Counted from the stretch's first letter, positions 49,775-59,264 are shown. The stretch is DNA of 64,000 nt from Promethearchaeati archaeon (GCA_013166775.1 JABLTJ010000003.1:1-64000); one strand, 5' to 3'. Notes: a model not told the origin generated them from the letters alone. A program made the numbers and translations.

Positions 49775-51674
49775 TATAAAACCAGCTGATATTAATATTC
49801 TGAGAGCTAAGGGAGAAGAATCTCTTTATCCAGATAGACCTAAAATTGGAATTAGCATGGCTTCATGCGGATTAGCTGCTGGTGCTGGGAAAATTTTGGA
49901 AACAATTGAAGGAGAATTGAAGAACCTAGATCTTGATTGGATTGTTACAAAAACAGGATGTCCTGGTTTTTGCCAAAAAGAACCTCTATTATATTATCAT
50001 GCACCTGGAAAAGAGAAAATTTACTTCGGTGAATTAACGGAGAAGAAAGCAAAAGATTTAGTCAAAGAGTTATCCGAAAATACAGTAGATAGAGATTTTG
50101 CTACATGGAAAATTATGTCTGATGTTACAATTGATGATAAGACATTGTTCATTAGTGAAGAAACAGAAATCGAAGATATTCCATTATACCAAGAATATGA
50201 TTTTTTTAAAAAACAACATAAAATTGCTCTTAGAAACTGTGGTTTCATTGATCCTCAAAGTATAGAGGAATATATCGCAAAAGGAGGGTATGCAGCTTTC
50301 CAAAAAGCTTTGAAAATGAAACCAGACGAGGTTATTGATTTCATTAAGAAATCAGGACTACGTGGAAGAGGTGGAGGAGGATTCCCTACGGGATTAAAGT
50401 GGGAACTCTGTTCCAAAGAAGATTCAGATATTAAGTATATTATCTGTAACGCAGATGAAGGAGATCCTGGAGCATATATGGATAGAAGTATACTTGAGGG
50501 TGATCCTCACTCTATAATCGAAGGGATGCTGATTGGTGCCTATGGTATCGGATCTAATGAAGGCTATATCTATGTAAGAGCTGAATATCCATTAGCAATA
50601 GAATTGCTAGATATTGCAGTTCAACAAGCTCGTGAAAATGGTTTTCTTGGAGCAAATATCCTCAATTCAGGTTTTAGTTTTGATATTAATCTTGCATATG
50701 GAGCAGGTGCTTTTGTTTGTGGTGAAGAGACAGCTCTAATAGCATCAATAGAAGGTAGACCAGTTGAACCAAGAATAAGACCTCCCTTTCCATCACAATC
50801 AGGTTTATGGGAGAAACCTACCAACATTAACAATGTAGAAACTTGGGCTAATGTACCCCCAATTATTCTGAAAGGACATGATTGGTATTCCTCTTTAGGA
50901 ACAGAAACAAGTAAGGGAACAAAAGTATTTTCTCTAGTTGGTAAAATTAACAACACAGGACTAGTGGAAGTTCCTATGGGAATTACTTTGCGAGAAATCA
51001 TCTACGATGTAGGTGGAGGTATAATCGATAATAAGAAATTCAAAGCTATTCAAACAGGTGGTCCATCAGGTGGATGCCTTCCTGAAAGCCATATTGATCT
51101 ACCAGTGGATTATGAGAGTCTCAAGGAAGCTGGGTCTATAATGGGGTCAGGAGGAATGATTGTTGTTGATGAAGACACTTGCATTGTGGACCTTGCGAAA
51201 TTCTTTATAGATTTTACTAGAGATGAATCTTGTGGTAAATGTGTTTCTTGTCGTGATGGATTAGATGCATGTCACGAAATTCTGAATAAAATAACTGAAG
51301 GAAAATCTGCTTTAGAAGACCTAGATTACTTAGAAGAGCTTGGACAATCAATTGTTGATTTCTCAATGTGCGGTTTAGGAACCACAGCTCCAAATCCTGT
51401 TCTGACAACTCTACGATATTTCAAAGATGAATATATAGCTCATATCGAGAAAAAAGAATGCTCAGCTAAAGTTTGCAAAGCGTTAATTACCTATGAAATA
51501 ATCAAAGATAATTGTGTTGGATGCCAGGCATGTGCTAGACTTTGTCCAGAAAATGCAATAAAAGGGCAGAAAGATAAAGTCCACAAGATTAACCAAGAAC
51601 TCTGTATAAAATGCGGAGTCTGTTTTGATACGTGTAGATACGATGCAATTCTAATAAGGAGTGGTGATAAATAA
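49767..51674 (+). CDS. HydB/NuoF-type FMN/NAD-binding subunit with C-terminal 2x[4Fe-4S]
   Basis: SGLRGRGGGGFPTG, CNADEGDPGAYMDR, GAFVCGEETAL, GGPSGG, ESCGKCVSCR..C, and two C-terminal CxxCxxCxxxC motifs. Confidence 0.92.
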   Translation: MSDIKPADINILRAKGEESLYPDRPKIGISMASCGLAAGAGKILETIEGELKNLDLDWIVTKTGCPGFCQKEPLLYYHAPGKEKIYFGELTEKKAKDLVKELSENTVDRDFATWKIMSDVTIDDKTLFISEETEIEDIPLYQEYDFFKKQHKIALRNCGFIDPQSIEEYIAKGGYAAFQKALKMKPDEVIDFIKKSGLRGRGGGGFPTGLKWELCSKEDSDIKYIICNADEGDPGAYMDRSILEGDPHSIIEGMLIGAYGIGSNEGYIYVRAEYPLAIELLDIAVQQARENGFLGANILNSGFSFDINLAYGAGAFVCGEETALIASIEGRPVEPRIRPPFPSQSGLWEKPTNINNVETWANVPPIILKGHDWYSSLGTETSKGTKVFSLVGKINNTGLVEVPMGITLREIIYDVGGGIIDNKKFKAIQTGGPSGGCLPESHIDLPVDYESLKEAGSIMGSGGMIVVDEDTCIVDLAKFFIDFTRDESCGKCVSCRDGLDACHEILNKITEGKSALEDLDYLEELGQSIVDFSMCGLGTTAPNPVLTTLRYFKDEYIAHIEKKECSAKVCKALITYEIIKDNCVGCQACARLCPENAIKGQKDKVHKINQELCIKCGVCFDTCRYDAILIRSGDK

Positions 51675-53449
51675 TGGTGAATATAACTATAAACGATCAA
51701 GAATATGATATTGAAGAAGGAAAAACAATTCTTGAAGCTGCTCAAGCAATGGGATTGGAAATACCGACTCTGTGCTATCATAAAGCTCTTAGTCCGTATG
51801 GTGCTTGTCGTCTATGTACTGTAGAAATTGAACTCAACGGAAGAACAATGTATCAAGCTTCATGCCAATATCTCGTTGAAGAAGGTATGAACATTCAAAC
51901 TGAGAGTGAACGAGTTGTTAATGGCCGTAAGAAGATGATTGAACTTCTTCTAGCAAGAGCTCCGGAAGCAGAAGATATTTTGGATCTTGCTTATAAATAT
52001 GGTGTCAAAGATACAAGATTCTTAAAGGAATTTGATGACGTCTGTATTTTATGTGGTCTTTGTATTCGTGTCTGTCATGATAGAATGGGTTTCAAAGCTA
52101 TTGAATTCATTAACCGTGGAATCGAAAGAAAAGTCAGCCTACCCTTTGAAGATTTCCATGAAGTTTGCAGAACTTGTGGTTCCTGTTCAACATACTGCCC
52201 AACAGGTGCTAAAGCAGTGCAACTAGAAAATCTCACACATCATACTCCAAGACCAATATTATCAGAATTTGATCAAGGATTAGCAACTAGACCAGCAGTT
52301 TATACACCATTTCCACAGGCTGTACCAAAAATCCCAGTAATTGACAGAAATAATTGCATACACTTCCAGACTGGTGAATGTAAGATTTGTCAAGATGTAT
52401 GTGAACCTGATGCTATAAATTATGAACAAGAAGATGAAATTGTAGAAAGGGAAGTAGGAGCAATCGTCGTTACTACAGGTTTTGATCCTTTTGATCCTAA
52501 CAGACTACCTCAATATGGTTATGGAAAATATCCTAATGTAATAACTTCATTAGAATTTGAGAGAATCTCAAGTGCAAGTGGTCCAACAGAAGGTGAAATC
52601 ATTTTCCCAGGAGTTACTGAAATAAAAAGTGCTGCAATTCTCCATTGTATAGGTAGTAGAGATGAAAACACAAACAGATACTGTTCCAGACTCTGTTGTA
52701 TGAATGCCCTCAAAGCTGCGAATCTTATAAGAGATAAATTACCAGATTCTCATGTTTATGAATTTTATATAGACATTAGAGCTGCAGGTAAAGGGTATGA
52801 GGAATATTATCAAAAGATGCTTAGAAGTGATATACGAATTATAAGAGGAAAAGTAGCTGAAATCACCAACATTCCAGATTTGCCTGAAGATGAAGGACGG
52901 TTAACTGTAGTAGCAGAAGACACTCTTCTTGGAGCAATTTTGAGAGTACCAGTTGATCTTGTGATTCTAATGGTTGGTATTGAACCCAAAAAAGATGCTA
53001 GAGATTTAGCCCATATACTCCATTTACCATGTACTGAAGAAGGATTCTATAATGAAAAGCATCCAAAGCTAGCACCAACTGAAACTGTTATAGAAGGAAT
53101 CCATGTAGCTGGTGCATGTCAATTTCCAAAGGATGTACCTGATTCTGTAGCGCAAGGAGAATCTGCTGCAGCTGCTGTTCTTTCAAAGATTGCAAGAGGA
53201 GAATATATTACGGAACCAACGAAAGCTGAAATAGTGGACGATCATTGTTCTGGATGTAGAAACTGTATAGGATTATGCCCCTATTTGGCAATAAGCTTTG
53301 ATGAGGAAGAGGAAATTGCAAAGATAGATTCAGCTCTTTGCCAAGGATGTGGAGTCTGTGTAGCCAGTTGTCCATCTGGAGCAATAATTCACAGAGGTTA
53401 TACTGACAAACAGATCTTTGCGGAAATTGAAGGAGTACTAGAAAGGTGA
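51674..53449 (+). CDS. hdrA: NuoG/HydA-type Fe-S domain fused to HdrA C-terminal half
   Basis: IPTLC..GACRLC..SC, CILCGLCIRVC, CRTCGSCSTYCP; then EFDQGL..R.AVY.PFPQAVP, LEFER, HCIGSRD, YCSRLCCMNALK, DIRA.GKGYEEYY, E.HPKL, GACQFPKD, and a C-terminal ferredoxin. Confidence 0.9.
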   Translation: MVNITINDQEYDIEEGKTILEAAQAMGLEIPTLCYHKALSPYGACRLCTVEIELNGRTMYQASCQYLVEEGMNIQTESERVVNGRKKMIELLLARAPEAEDILDLAYKYGVKDTRFLKEFDDVCILCGLCIRVCHDRMGFKAIEFINRGIERKVSLPFEDFHEVCRTCGSCSTYCPTGAKAVQLENLTHHTPRPILSEFDQGLATRPAVYTPFPQAVPKIPVIDRNNCIHFQTGECKICQDVCEPDAINYEQEDEIVEREVGAIVVTTGFDPFDPNRLPQYGYGKYPNVITSLEFERISSASGPTEGEIIFPGVTEIKSAAILHCIGSRDENTNRYCSRLCCMNALKAANLIRDKLPDSHVYEFYIDIRAAGKGYEEYYQKMLRSDIRIIRGKVAEITNIPDLPEDEGRLTVVAEDTLLGAILRVPVDLVILMVGIEPKKDARDLAHILHLPCTEEGFYNEKHPKLAPTETVIEGIHVAGACQFPKDVPDSVAQGESAAAAVLSKIARGEYITEPTKAEIVDDHCSGCRNCIGLCPYLAISFDEEEEIAKIDSALCQGCGVCVASCPSGAIIHRGYTDKQIFAEIEGVLER

Positions 53450-53454
53450 TGAAA

Positions 53455-53931
53455 ATGGTAGTAACAGATGAAAAAACTATTGAAAATACTGATTGGGAAC
53501 CGAGGATTGTAGGATTCTTATGCCGGTGGTGTTCATATGCTGGTGCAGATCTTGCAGGTATAAGTAGACTAGATTACCCACCAAATTCCATCTTTATTAA
53601 AGTACCTTGCACAGGACGTGTCGATCCTACTTTCGTATTGAAAGCTTTTGCTGATGGAGCTGATGCAGTATTCATATCTGGATGCCATCTAGGCGATTGT
53701 CATTATATCGAAGGAAATTACAAAACTATGCGACGATTTGAAATACTCAAAGAAACACTAAAGCAATTGGGTATACATGAGAGAAGGTTTCAACTGACAT
53801 GGATATCAGCATCTGAAGCCCAGAAATTAAAAGAATTTCTCACAAGTATGACATCTTCAATAAAAGAATTAGGACCTATACAATTGCCGATTTTAGCACC
53901 TTTACAAAAGGAGGATAAACAAGATGACTGA
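53455..53931 (+). CDS. mvhD: MvhD [2Fe-2S] adaptor subunit
   Basis: CRWCSYAGADLAG, VPCTGRVD, GCHLGDCHY, WISASE. Confidence 0.94.
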   Translation: MVVTDEKTIENTDWEPRIVGFLCRWCSYAGADLAGISRLDYPPNSIFIKVPCTGRVDPTFVLKAFADGADAVFISGCHLGDCHYIEGNYKTMRRFEILKETLKQLGIHERRFQLTWISASEAQKLKEFLTSMTSSIKELGPIQLPILAPLQKEDKQDD

Positions 53932-54880
53932 GAAACTCAAACTAGCCTTCTATTGGGCAGCGAGTTGTGGTGGCTGTGAAGTAGCTATCTTGGATATTGA
54001 TGAAAAAGTCCTTGATGTAGTAGCAATCGCTGATATTGTGTTCTGGCCAGTAGCCATTGATATTAAATACAATGATGTAAGAGCTATGGACGACAAAAGC
54101 ATTGATGTCACCTTCTTTAATGGTTCGATAAGAACTGAAGAGAATGCTGAACTAGCTCGATTATTGAGAGCAAAATCAAAAACATTGGTTGCATTTGGTT
54201 CCTGTTCTTGCTATGGTGGAGTTATAGGTTTAGGAAATCTTTCCTCTAAAGAGGAGTTGTTACATCGAGCCTATATTACAAGTGATTCAACTGATAATCC
54301 TGAGCAGATAAAACCTCAGCTTCATTACAAGGAAGTTCATATTCCTGATGTTCTACCAGCTAATTATGCTTTGGATCAGGTTGTAGATGTTGATTATTAC
54401 TTACCAGGATGTCCACCAAAAGATACACTAGTTTGGAGTGCTATAGAAGCCATTGCTTCTGGAAATCTTCCTGCTAAGGGTGCTGTTTTAGCTCCCAATC
54501 TTACTGTATGCCATGATTGTCCTCGAGAGAAACATGATGAACGAACAATTAAGGAATTCAAAAGAGTTTATAACTTCCAACCTGATGAAACAAAATGTCT
54601 TCTGGAACAAGGTTTAATCTGTATGGGACCTGCTACACGTTCAGGTTGCGATGCTTCTTGTGTTTCTGTAAATATGCCATGTCGAGGTTGTATGGGACCA
54701 ACAGATCAAGTATTTGACCAAGGAGCTAAGATGATTTCCGTGTTAGGAGGACTAATAGATTCTGATGATCCTGAAGAAGTTAAAGAAATAGTTAGTACTA
54801 TAGTTGATCCAGTTGGAACTTTATACTATTTTGGAGTATCCAAGTCTCTAATTAAGCAAAGTGGTGTTAAAAGGAGGTAA
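53924..54880 (+). CDS. mvhG: [NiFe]-hydrogenase small subunit, group 3c
   Basis: ASCGGCE, FGSC..YGG, PGCPP, VCHDCPR, CLLEQG..CMGPAT..GC...C...NMPCRGC. Confidence 0.93.
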   Translation: MTEKLKLAFYWAASCGGCEVAILDIDEKVLDVVAIADIVFWPVAIDIKYNDVRAMDDKSIDVTFFNGSIRTEENAELARLLRAKSKTLVAFGSCSCYGGVIGLGNLSSKEELLHRAYITSDSTDNPEQIKPQLHYKEVHIPDVLPANYALDQVVDVDYYLPGCPPKDTLVWSAIEAIASGNLPAKGAVLAPNLTVCHDCPREKHDERTIKEFKRVYNFQPDETKCLLEQGLICMGPATRSGCDASCVSVNMPCRGCMGPTDQVFDQGAKMISVLGGLIDSDDPEEVKEIVSTIVDPVGTLYYFGVSKSLIKQSGVKRR

Positions 54881-54884
54881 AATA

Positions 54885-56339
54885 ATGACAGAAAAAACAG
54901 TAAAACATATTGTTATTGATCCAGTAACTCGTCTAGAAGGGCATGCCAAAATTGACATTATTCTAGATGATAAAGGAAAGATAGAAGATGTATACTTACA
55001 AGTACCAGAATTCAGAGGATTTGAAAAATTCTGTGAAGGTAGAAGAGTGGAAGAGCTTCCAAGAATAACACCAAAAATCTGTGGTGTTTGTCCTATGGCA
55101 CATCATATGGCATCTGCAAAAGCGTTAGATATGGCATTTGGGGTTGAACCAACATCAGTTGCTCATAAACTTAGAGAGCTTATGTACAATGCCTATGTAT
55201 TTGAGGATCATACACTTGCCTTCTATTTCCTACAAGCTCCAGATTTTGTAGTTGGTCCATCAGCACCTCCAGCTGAGAGGAATATTCTAGGAGTTATAGC
55301 TAAAGTAGGTGTAGATATTGGAAAGGAAGTCATAAAACATCGAGCTTATGGACAACAAATGTTACAGATTCTTACTGGAAGTAAAATCTTTCCAGCAGTT
55401 GCAATTCCAGGTGGAGTTAGCAAAGGATTATCCGAAGAAGACAGAGACAAAATGATACCTTGGGCTGAGAGTTGTGTTGAGTTTTCAAAATTTACACAAC
55501 AGTTATTGCATGATGTAGTTCTCGAAAACAAAGATTATGTAGACTTGATTCTCTCTGATACATACAATCTGAAAGCATATAATATGGGACTAGTTGATGA
55601 GAATAACAAAATCAACTTCTATGATGGACAAATTAGAGTTACATCTCCTGAAGATAAGGAATTTGTAAAATTTGAATCCAAAGATTATCTAGAACACGTT
55701 GCTGAAGTACCAATCCCACATAGTTATGTCAAACGAACTTATCTCAAGAAATTAGGTTTGGAAAATGGATTATATCGAGCTGGACCTCTAGCAAGATTGA
55801 ATGCATCAGAAGGTATGACTACACCTTTAGCACAAAAAGAATACGAGAAATTCTATAGTGTTTTAGGAGGAAAACCAGCAAATCAAACCCTAGCTTACAA
55901 TTGGGCACGCGTAATTGAACAGCTCTATGCTGCTGAAAGAGTTCTTGAATTATTGAATGATCCAGAAATTACAAGTGATGATTTCAGAACCTTAGCAACA
56001 GAAGTACCAACTGAAGGAGTCGGTGTAGTTGAAGCATGCAGAGGAACACTTTATCATCATTACAAATGTGATGAGAAAGGATTGGCTAAGGAGGTAAACC
56101 TAATTGTGGCTACAACTAATAATAAATTTGCATTAGAGAAATCAGTCGAAAAAGCTGCTAGAGGTTTAATAGAATCAGAGCAACCAGATCAAGGAATACT
56201 GAATATGGTAGAAATGTCATTCAGAGCTTATGATCCTTGTATGGCTTGTGCAACACATTCTCTGCCAGGAAAAATGCCATTGACTATCAATCTTTATGAT
56301 AAGAACAAAAATCTTTTACGTAAAATTCAAAGGAAATAA
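54885..56339 (+). CDS. mvhA: [NiFe]-hydrogenase large subunit, group 3c
   Basis: TRLEGH, RGFEKF, L1 KICGVC, L2 RAYDPCMACATH followed by a C-terminal extension. Confidence 0.94.
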   Translation: MTEKTVKHIVIDPVTRLEGHAKIDIILDDKGKIEDVYLQVPEFRGFEKFCEGRRVEELPRITPKICGVCPMAHHMASAKALDMAFGVEPTSVAHKLRELMYNAYVFEDHTLAFYFLQAPDFVVGPSAPPAERNILGVIAKVGVDIGKEVIKHRAYGQQMLQILTGSKIFPAVAIPGGVSKGLSEEDRDKMIPWAESCVEFSKFTQQLLHDVVLENKDYVDLILSDTYNLKAYNMGLVDENNKINFYDGQIRVTSPEDKEFVKFESKDYLEHVAEVPIPHSYVKRTYLKKLGLENGLYRAGPLARLNASEGMTTPLAQKEYEKFYSVLGGKPANQTLAYNWARVIEQLYAAERVLELLNDPEITSDDFRTLATEVPTEGVGVVEACRGTLYHHYKCDEKGLAKEVNLIVATTNNKFALEKSVEKAARGLIESEQPDQGILNMVEMSFRAYDPCMACATHSLPGKMPLTINLYDKNKNLLRKIQRK

Positions 56340-56340
56340 A

Positions 56341-56370
56341 CCTTTTCTCTTTTCTTTCTTTTATTTTTAA
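56341..56370 (+). terminator. Pyrimidine/T-rich archaeal terminator after mvhA
   Basis: CCTTTTCTCTTTTCTTTCTTTTATTTTT directly after the stop codon. Confidence 0.5.
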
Positions 56371-56424
56371 TATTCAAAGATTTGTAAAGTGAAATTTATT
56401 AAGGATGGTATCATTCTTTAGTCA

Positions 56425-58092
56425 ATGAAAGTAAGAAGGTTTCTGAAGACTTTACTCTTATTAGTATTGATTCTTAATCTGAGATCAGTTAATACAATAC
56501 TATCCAATGCAGGAATTGTAAAGGAACAGAATAATTCTTCTTATATCTGGTTATGGGAAGAATTGTATGGAGCTCCAAGTAATATTCCTGGAGAAGACGT
56601 TGTTTTCTGGGGAGAGAGCTTAGGACCTTATCATAATTATACTGAAATGGTAAACAAACTAGTGTCATTAAACGAAAGTTTCCCAGAGATTGTTGATTTG
56701 TTCTCACTTGGCAAGACATGGAGAGGAAACGAAATATGGTGTGTAAAATTAACAAATGAAACAATTACAACTGCAAAATCTGAATACTACATTGTAGGTA
56801 ATCATCATGCACGCGAATTAATCTCTGTAGAAAACTCCCTCTACTTTCTAGATAGAATTATTTATGAGACACAATTTGGTAATTTCACTAATCTTCTTTC
56901 TAACAAGGAACTATATGTTATACCTATGTTAAATCCTGATGGTTTATCAATTATACACACTTTTCCAGAACAAAGAAAAAATCTTCGTGAAATTGATGAC
57001 GATGAGGATGGCACGGTTATTGATGAGTATGAGATTGTATATTTTTGGAATACTACATCAAATACCTCTGAAAAGATAGAAATAGACCTTGATGGAGATT
57101 CCTTTCAAGGAGAGGATTTACCAGGAGGTGTAGATTTAAATCGAAATTATCTTGCTTTTTGGGATGTTTCAGGTGGGTCATCCCCTGTAAAGGTAGAATC
57201 AACTTATCGTGGAGAAGCTCCATTCAGTGAGAATGAAACGCAGATAATTAGGAATTTCATGCGAGGACATTTCTTTAACTTAGCAGTGAGTCTTCATAGT
57301 GGGATCCAAGCAATTATTTCTCCTTGGGGGTATAATAGTTCATATCCTATCGCTGATGGTGATGAATTTCAAGCTCTTCTTTCAGAATTAAAAAGCATTA
57401 CACTTTTACCACTCTGGGAAGAAATTCCTGGAAATTATAATGCTTCAGGAACCTGGGATGATTATTGTTACTTGTATCATGATATTATGTGTTTCACACT
57501 AGAAACATATGGTGCTTTTCCATCGGGTTCATTTTTTGATGATTACAATCCTTCTGGTGATCAAATCATAGCAAATTGTGAAATGGTTTTCCCAGCTTTA
57601 ACTTATTTGGCAATGGAACCTCAGCTCACATACTCAAATACACCTCCATCTCTTGATGTTACAAATCCATCAAGAGAGAATCAAGTGTTTGATAATTATA
57701 CTATTAGATGGTCTATGAATGATATTGAAGAAGATTCTCTAAACTGTTCAGTACTTGTTTCTAGAAATGGTTGGAATTGGACAGTATTAGCTTCAAATAT
57801 TATTGGAAGTACATCCATATTCTGGGATGTCACAGATGTTACTCCAGGGTCATATTATTTGAAAGTTGCAGTTTCAGATGGAGAAAACTGGATTTTTGAT
57901 GTAAGTGATATAAAGCTAAATGTAAAAAAAGAACCACCCAAATCCAGAGCTTCTTTCTGGATTTTAGCTGTTTTTATAGGAACTTCTGCTGTTGTGTATC
58001 TATTCTTCTATATCAGAAAAACAAAAAAGATAGGAAAAGATTGGGAACCTGATTCATATAAAGAATCTCAAGCAGAAAAAAAGAAAAAATAA
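56425..58092 (+). CDS. Secreted, membrane-anchored M14 zinc carboxypeptidase
   Basis: Signal peptide, HHARE, NPDG, GVDLNRNY, SENET, LHS, TLE; Ig-like domain and C-terminal TM. Confidence 0.88.
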   Translation: MKVRRFLKTLLLLVLILNLRSVNTILSNAGIVKEQNNSSYIWLWEELYGAPSNIPGEDVVFWGESLGPYHNYTEMVNKLVSLNESFPEIVDLFSLGKTWRGNEIWCVKLTNETITTAKSEYYIVGNHHARELISVENSLYFLDRIIYETQFGNFTNLLSNKELYVIPMLNPDGLSIIHTFPEQRKNLREIDDDEDGTVIDEYEIVYFWNTTSNTSEKIEIDLDGDSFQGEDLPGGVDLNRNYLAFWDVSGGSSPVKVESTYRGEAPFSENETQIIRNFMRGHFFNLAVSLHSGIQAIISPWGYNSSYPIADGDEFQALLSELKSITLLPLWEEIPGNYNASGTWDDYCYLYHDIMCFTLETYGAFPSGSFFDDYNPSGDQIIANCEMVFPALTYLAMEPQLTYSNTPPSLDVTNPSRENQVFDNYTIRWSMNDIEEDSLNCSVLVSRNGWNWTVLASNIIGSTSIFWDVTDVTPGSYYLKVAVSDGENWIFDVSDIKLNVKKEPPKSRASFWILAVFIGTSAVVYLFFYIRKTKKIGKDWEPDSYKESQAEKKKK

Positions 58093-58181
58093 TTCATTTT
58101 GAAATATCTCTGCAACTAGCAAATTTTTTAAAGAGGGGAACACACTAGATATTATTAGTGGAATGGTTCAAAGGGGTTTGA

Positions 58182-59264
58182 ATGTATATTTATATCAAGT
58201 ACATTGCTGCTATTGCTTTAGTTTGCGGTGGATTCATAACTGTTTATTGGGGAAGGAGAAGACAGAATCCCTTTTATCTGTCTTGGTCTCTATTCTTAAT
58301 CTCCTATGGAATTTTCTCAATAGTTGATACCTTAGAAAGTATGTATGAAACTATTCTTCTTTACCGAATTCTACTGATTTTTCAGTCATTTGCTTGGATT
58401 TCACTTTTTGCTGCAAGTTTAGAGCAATCAATGATTACAACTCCTAGGGCAAGCAAAATTGTTGCTATAAGCTTGGGAGTCTTTGTCTTATATTTCATTA
58501 TCATACCCCTAAATCCTATTGTTAATGAATTTAAGACTCTAACTATTTCAATCTACAATAAAATTTATACAGACATTTATGGTTTTATTTTTGCTTTTTT
58601 TATCTTAATTAGTGCCTTTCTGCTGATCAATGTTTTCAAGAGATATTTGAAGTTAGCATCAATATCAAAGAAAAAAAGGTTGAAAGTGAAGAGAGATGTT
58701 ACTTTAGTATTTATTCTGATGCTTATAGGTTTAGCATTTCTAGTTCTAATTAGACGCAGATTGGATGTAAACAATCTTGAATATTTTGAATTGGTAGATG
58801 TAATCTACTCATTTGTTGTTGTTCTAACAGTAGCTCTATATCAAAGCCAATCTATGTCTCATGGAATAGAAACTATCTTAGTTGTTGATAAAGAAGGAAA
58901 TCCTCTGTTAGGATACTCTCCCATTAGAAGCAGAAGAATTTCTTTTGAAGAAAAAATAATTGCAGCTGCTGGGTATTTAGCTGGTCTATTTAATTTCATA
59001 CATAACTATGTTGCAACAACTAGTGATGAACAGTTCAAAGAGATGAGAACAACATCTTCAACATTCTCATTTTATGCTAGTGAAAAGATTTTCATGATTA
59101 TACAAACAAAGATATCAAGTCACTTACTTGAAAAAACAGCTAATAATATTATGGGGGAAATTAATACTATCTTAAAAGATTTTCAAGCTAACCAAATGCC
59201 AACAGAGGAGCAATTAAGTAAAATAATAAAAAAACTAGAAAAGAACTTCTATTTAATGGCCTAG
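58182..59264 (+). CDS. About 7-TM membrane protein with C-terminal longin/roadblock-like domain
   Basis: Seven hydrophobic segments, then IETILVVDKEGNPL...AAAGYLAGLFNFI. Confidence 0.55.
   Translation: MYIYIKYIAAIALVCGGFITVYWGRRRQNPFYLSWSLFLISYGIFSIVDTLESMYETILLYRILLIFQSFAWISLFAASLEQSMITTPRASKIVAISLGVFVLYFIIIPLNPIVNEFKTLTISIYNKIYTDIYGFIFAFFILISAFLLINVFKRYLKLASISKKKRLKVKRDVTLVFILMLIGLAFLVLIRRRLDVNNLEYFELVDVIYSFVVVLTVALYQSQSMSHGIETILVVDKEGNPLLGYSPIRSRRISFEEKIIAAAGYLAGLFNFIHNYVATTSDEQFKEMRTTSSTFSFYASEKIFMIIQTKISSHLLEKTANNIMGEINTILKDFQANQMPTEEQLSKIIKKLEKNFYLMA

Noticed and set aside
48491-53449. hdrA pseudogene, or a complex I (nuo) operon
   Set aside because: All frames are intact with fused domains and conserved ligands; no membrane Nuo subunits are present.
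53446-56339. Selenocysteine in Mvh/Hdr subunits
   Set aside because: All usual Sec positions are Cys codons; no in-frame TGA read-through is needed.
56990-57120. DxDxDG acidic repeats in the M14 peptidase
   Set aside because: Likely ordinary calcium-binding inserts seen in this peptidase group.
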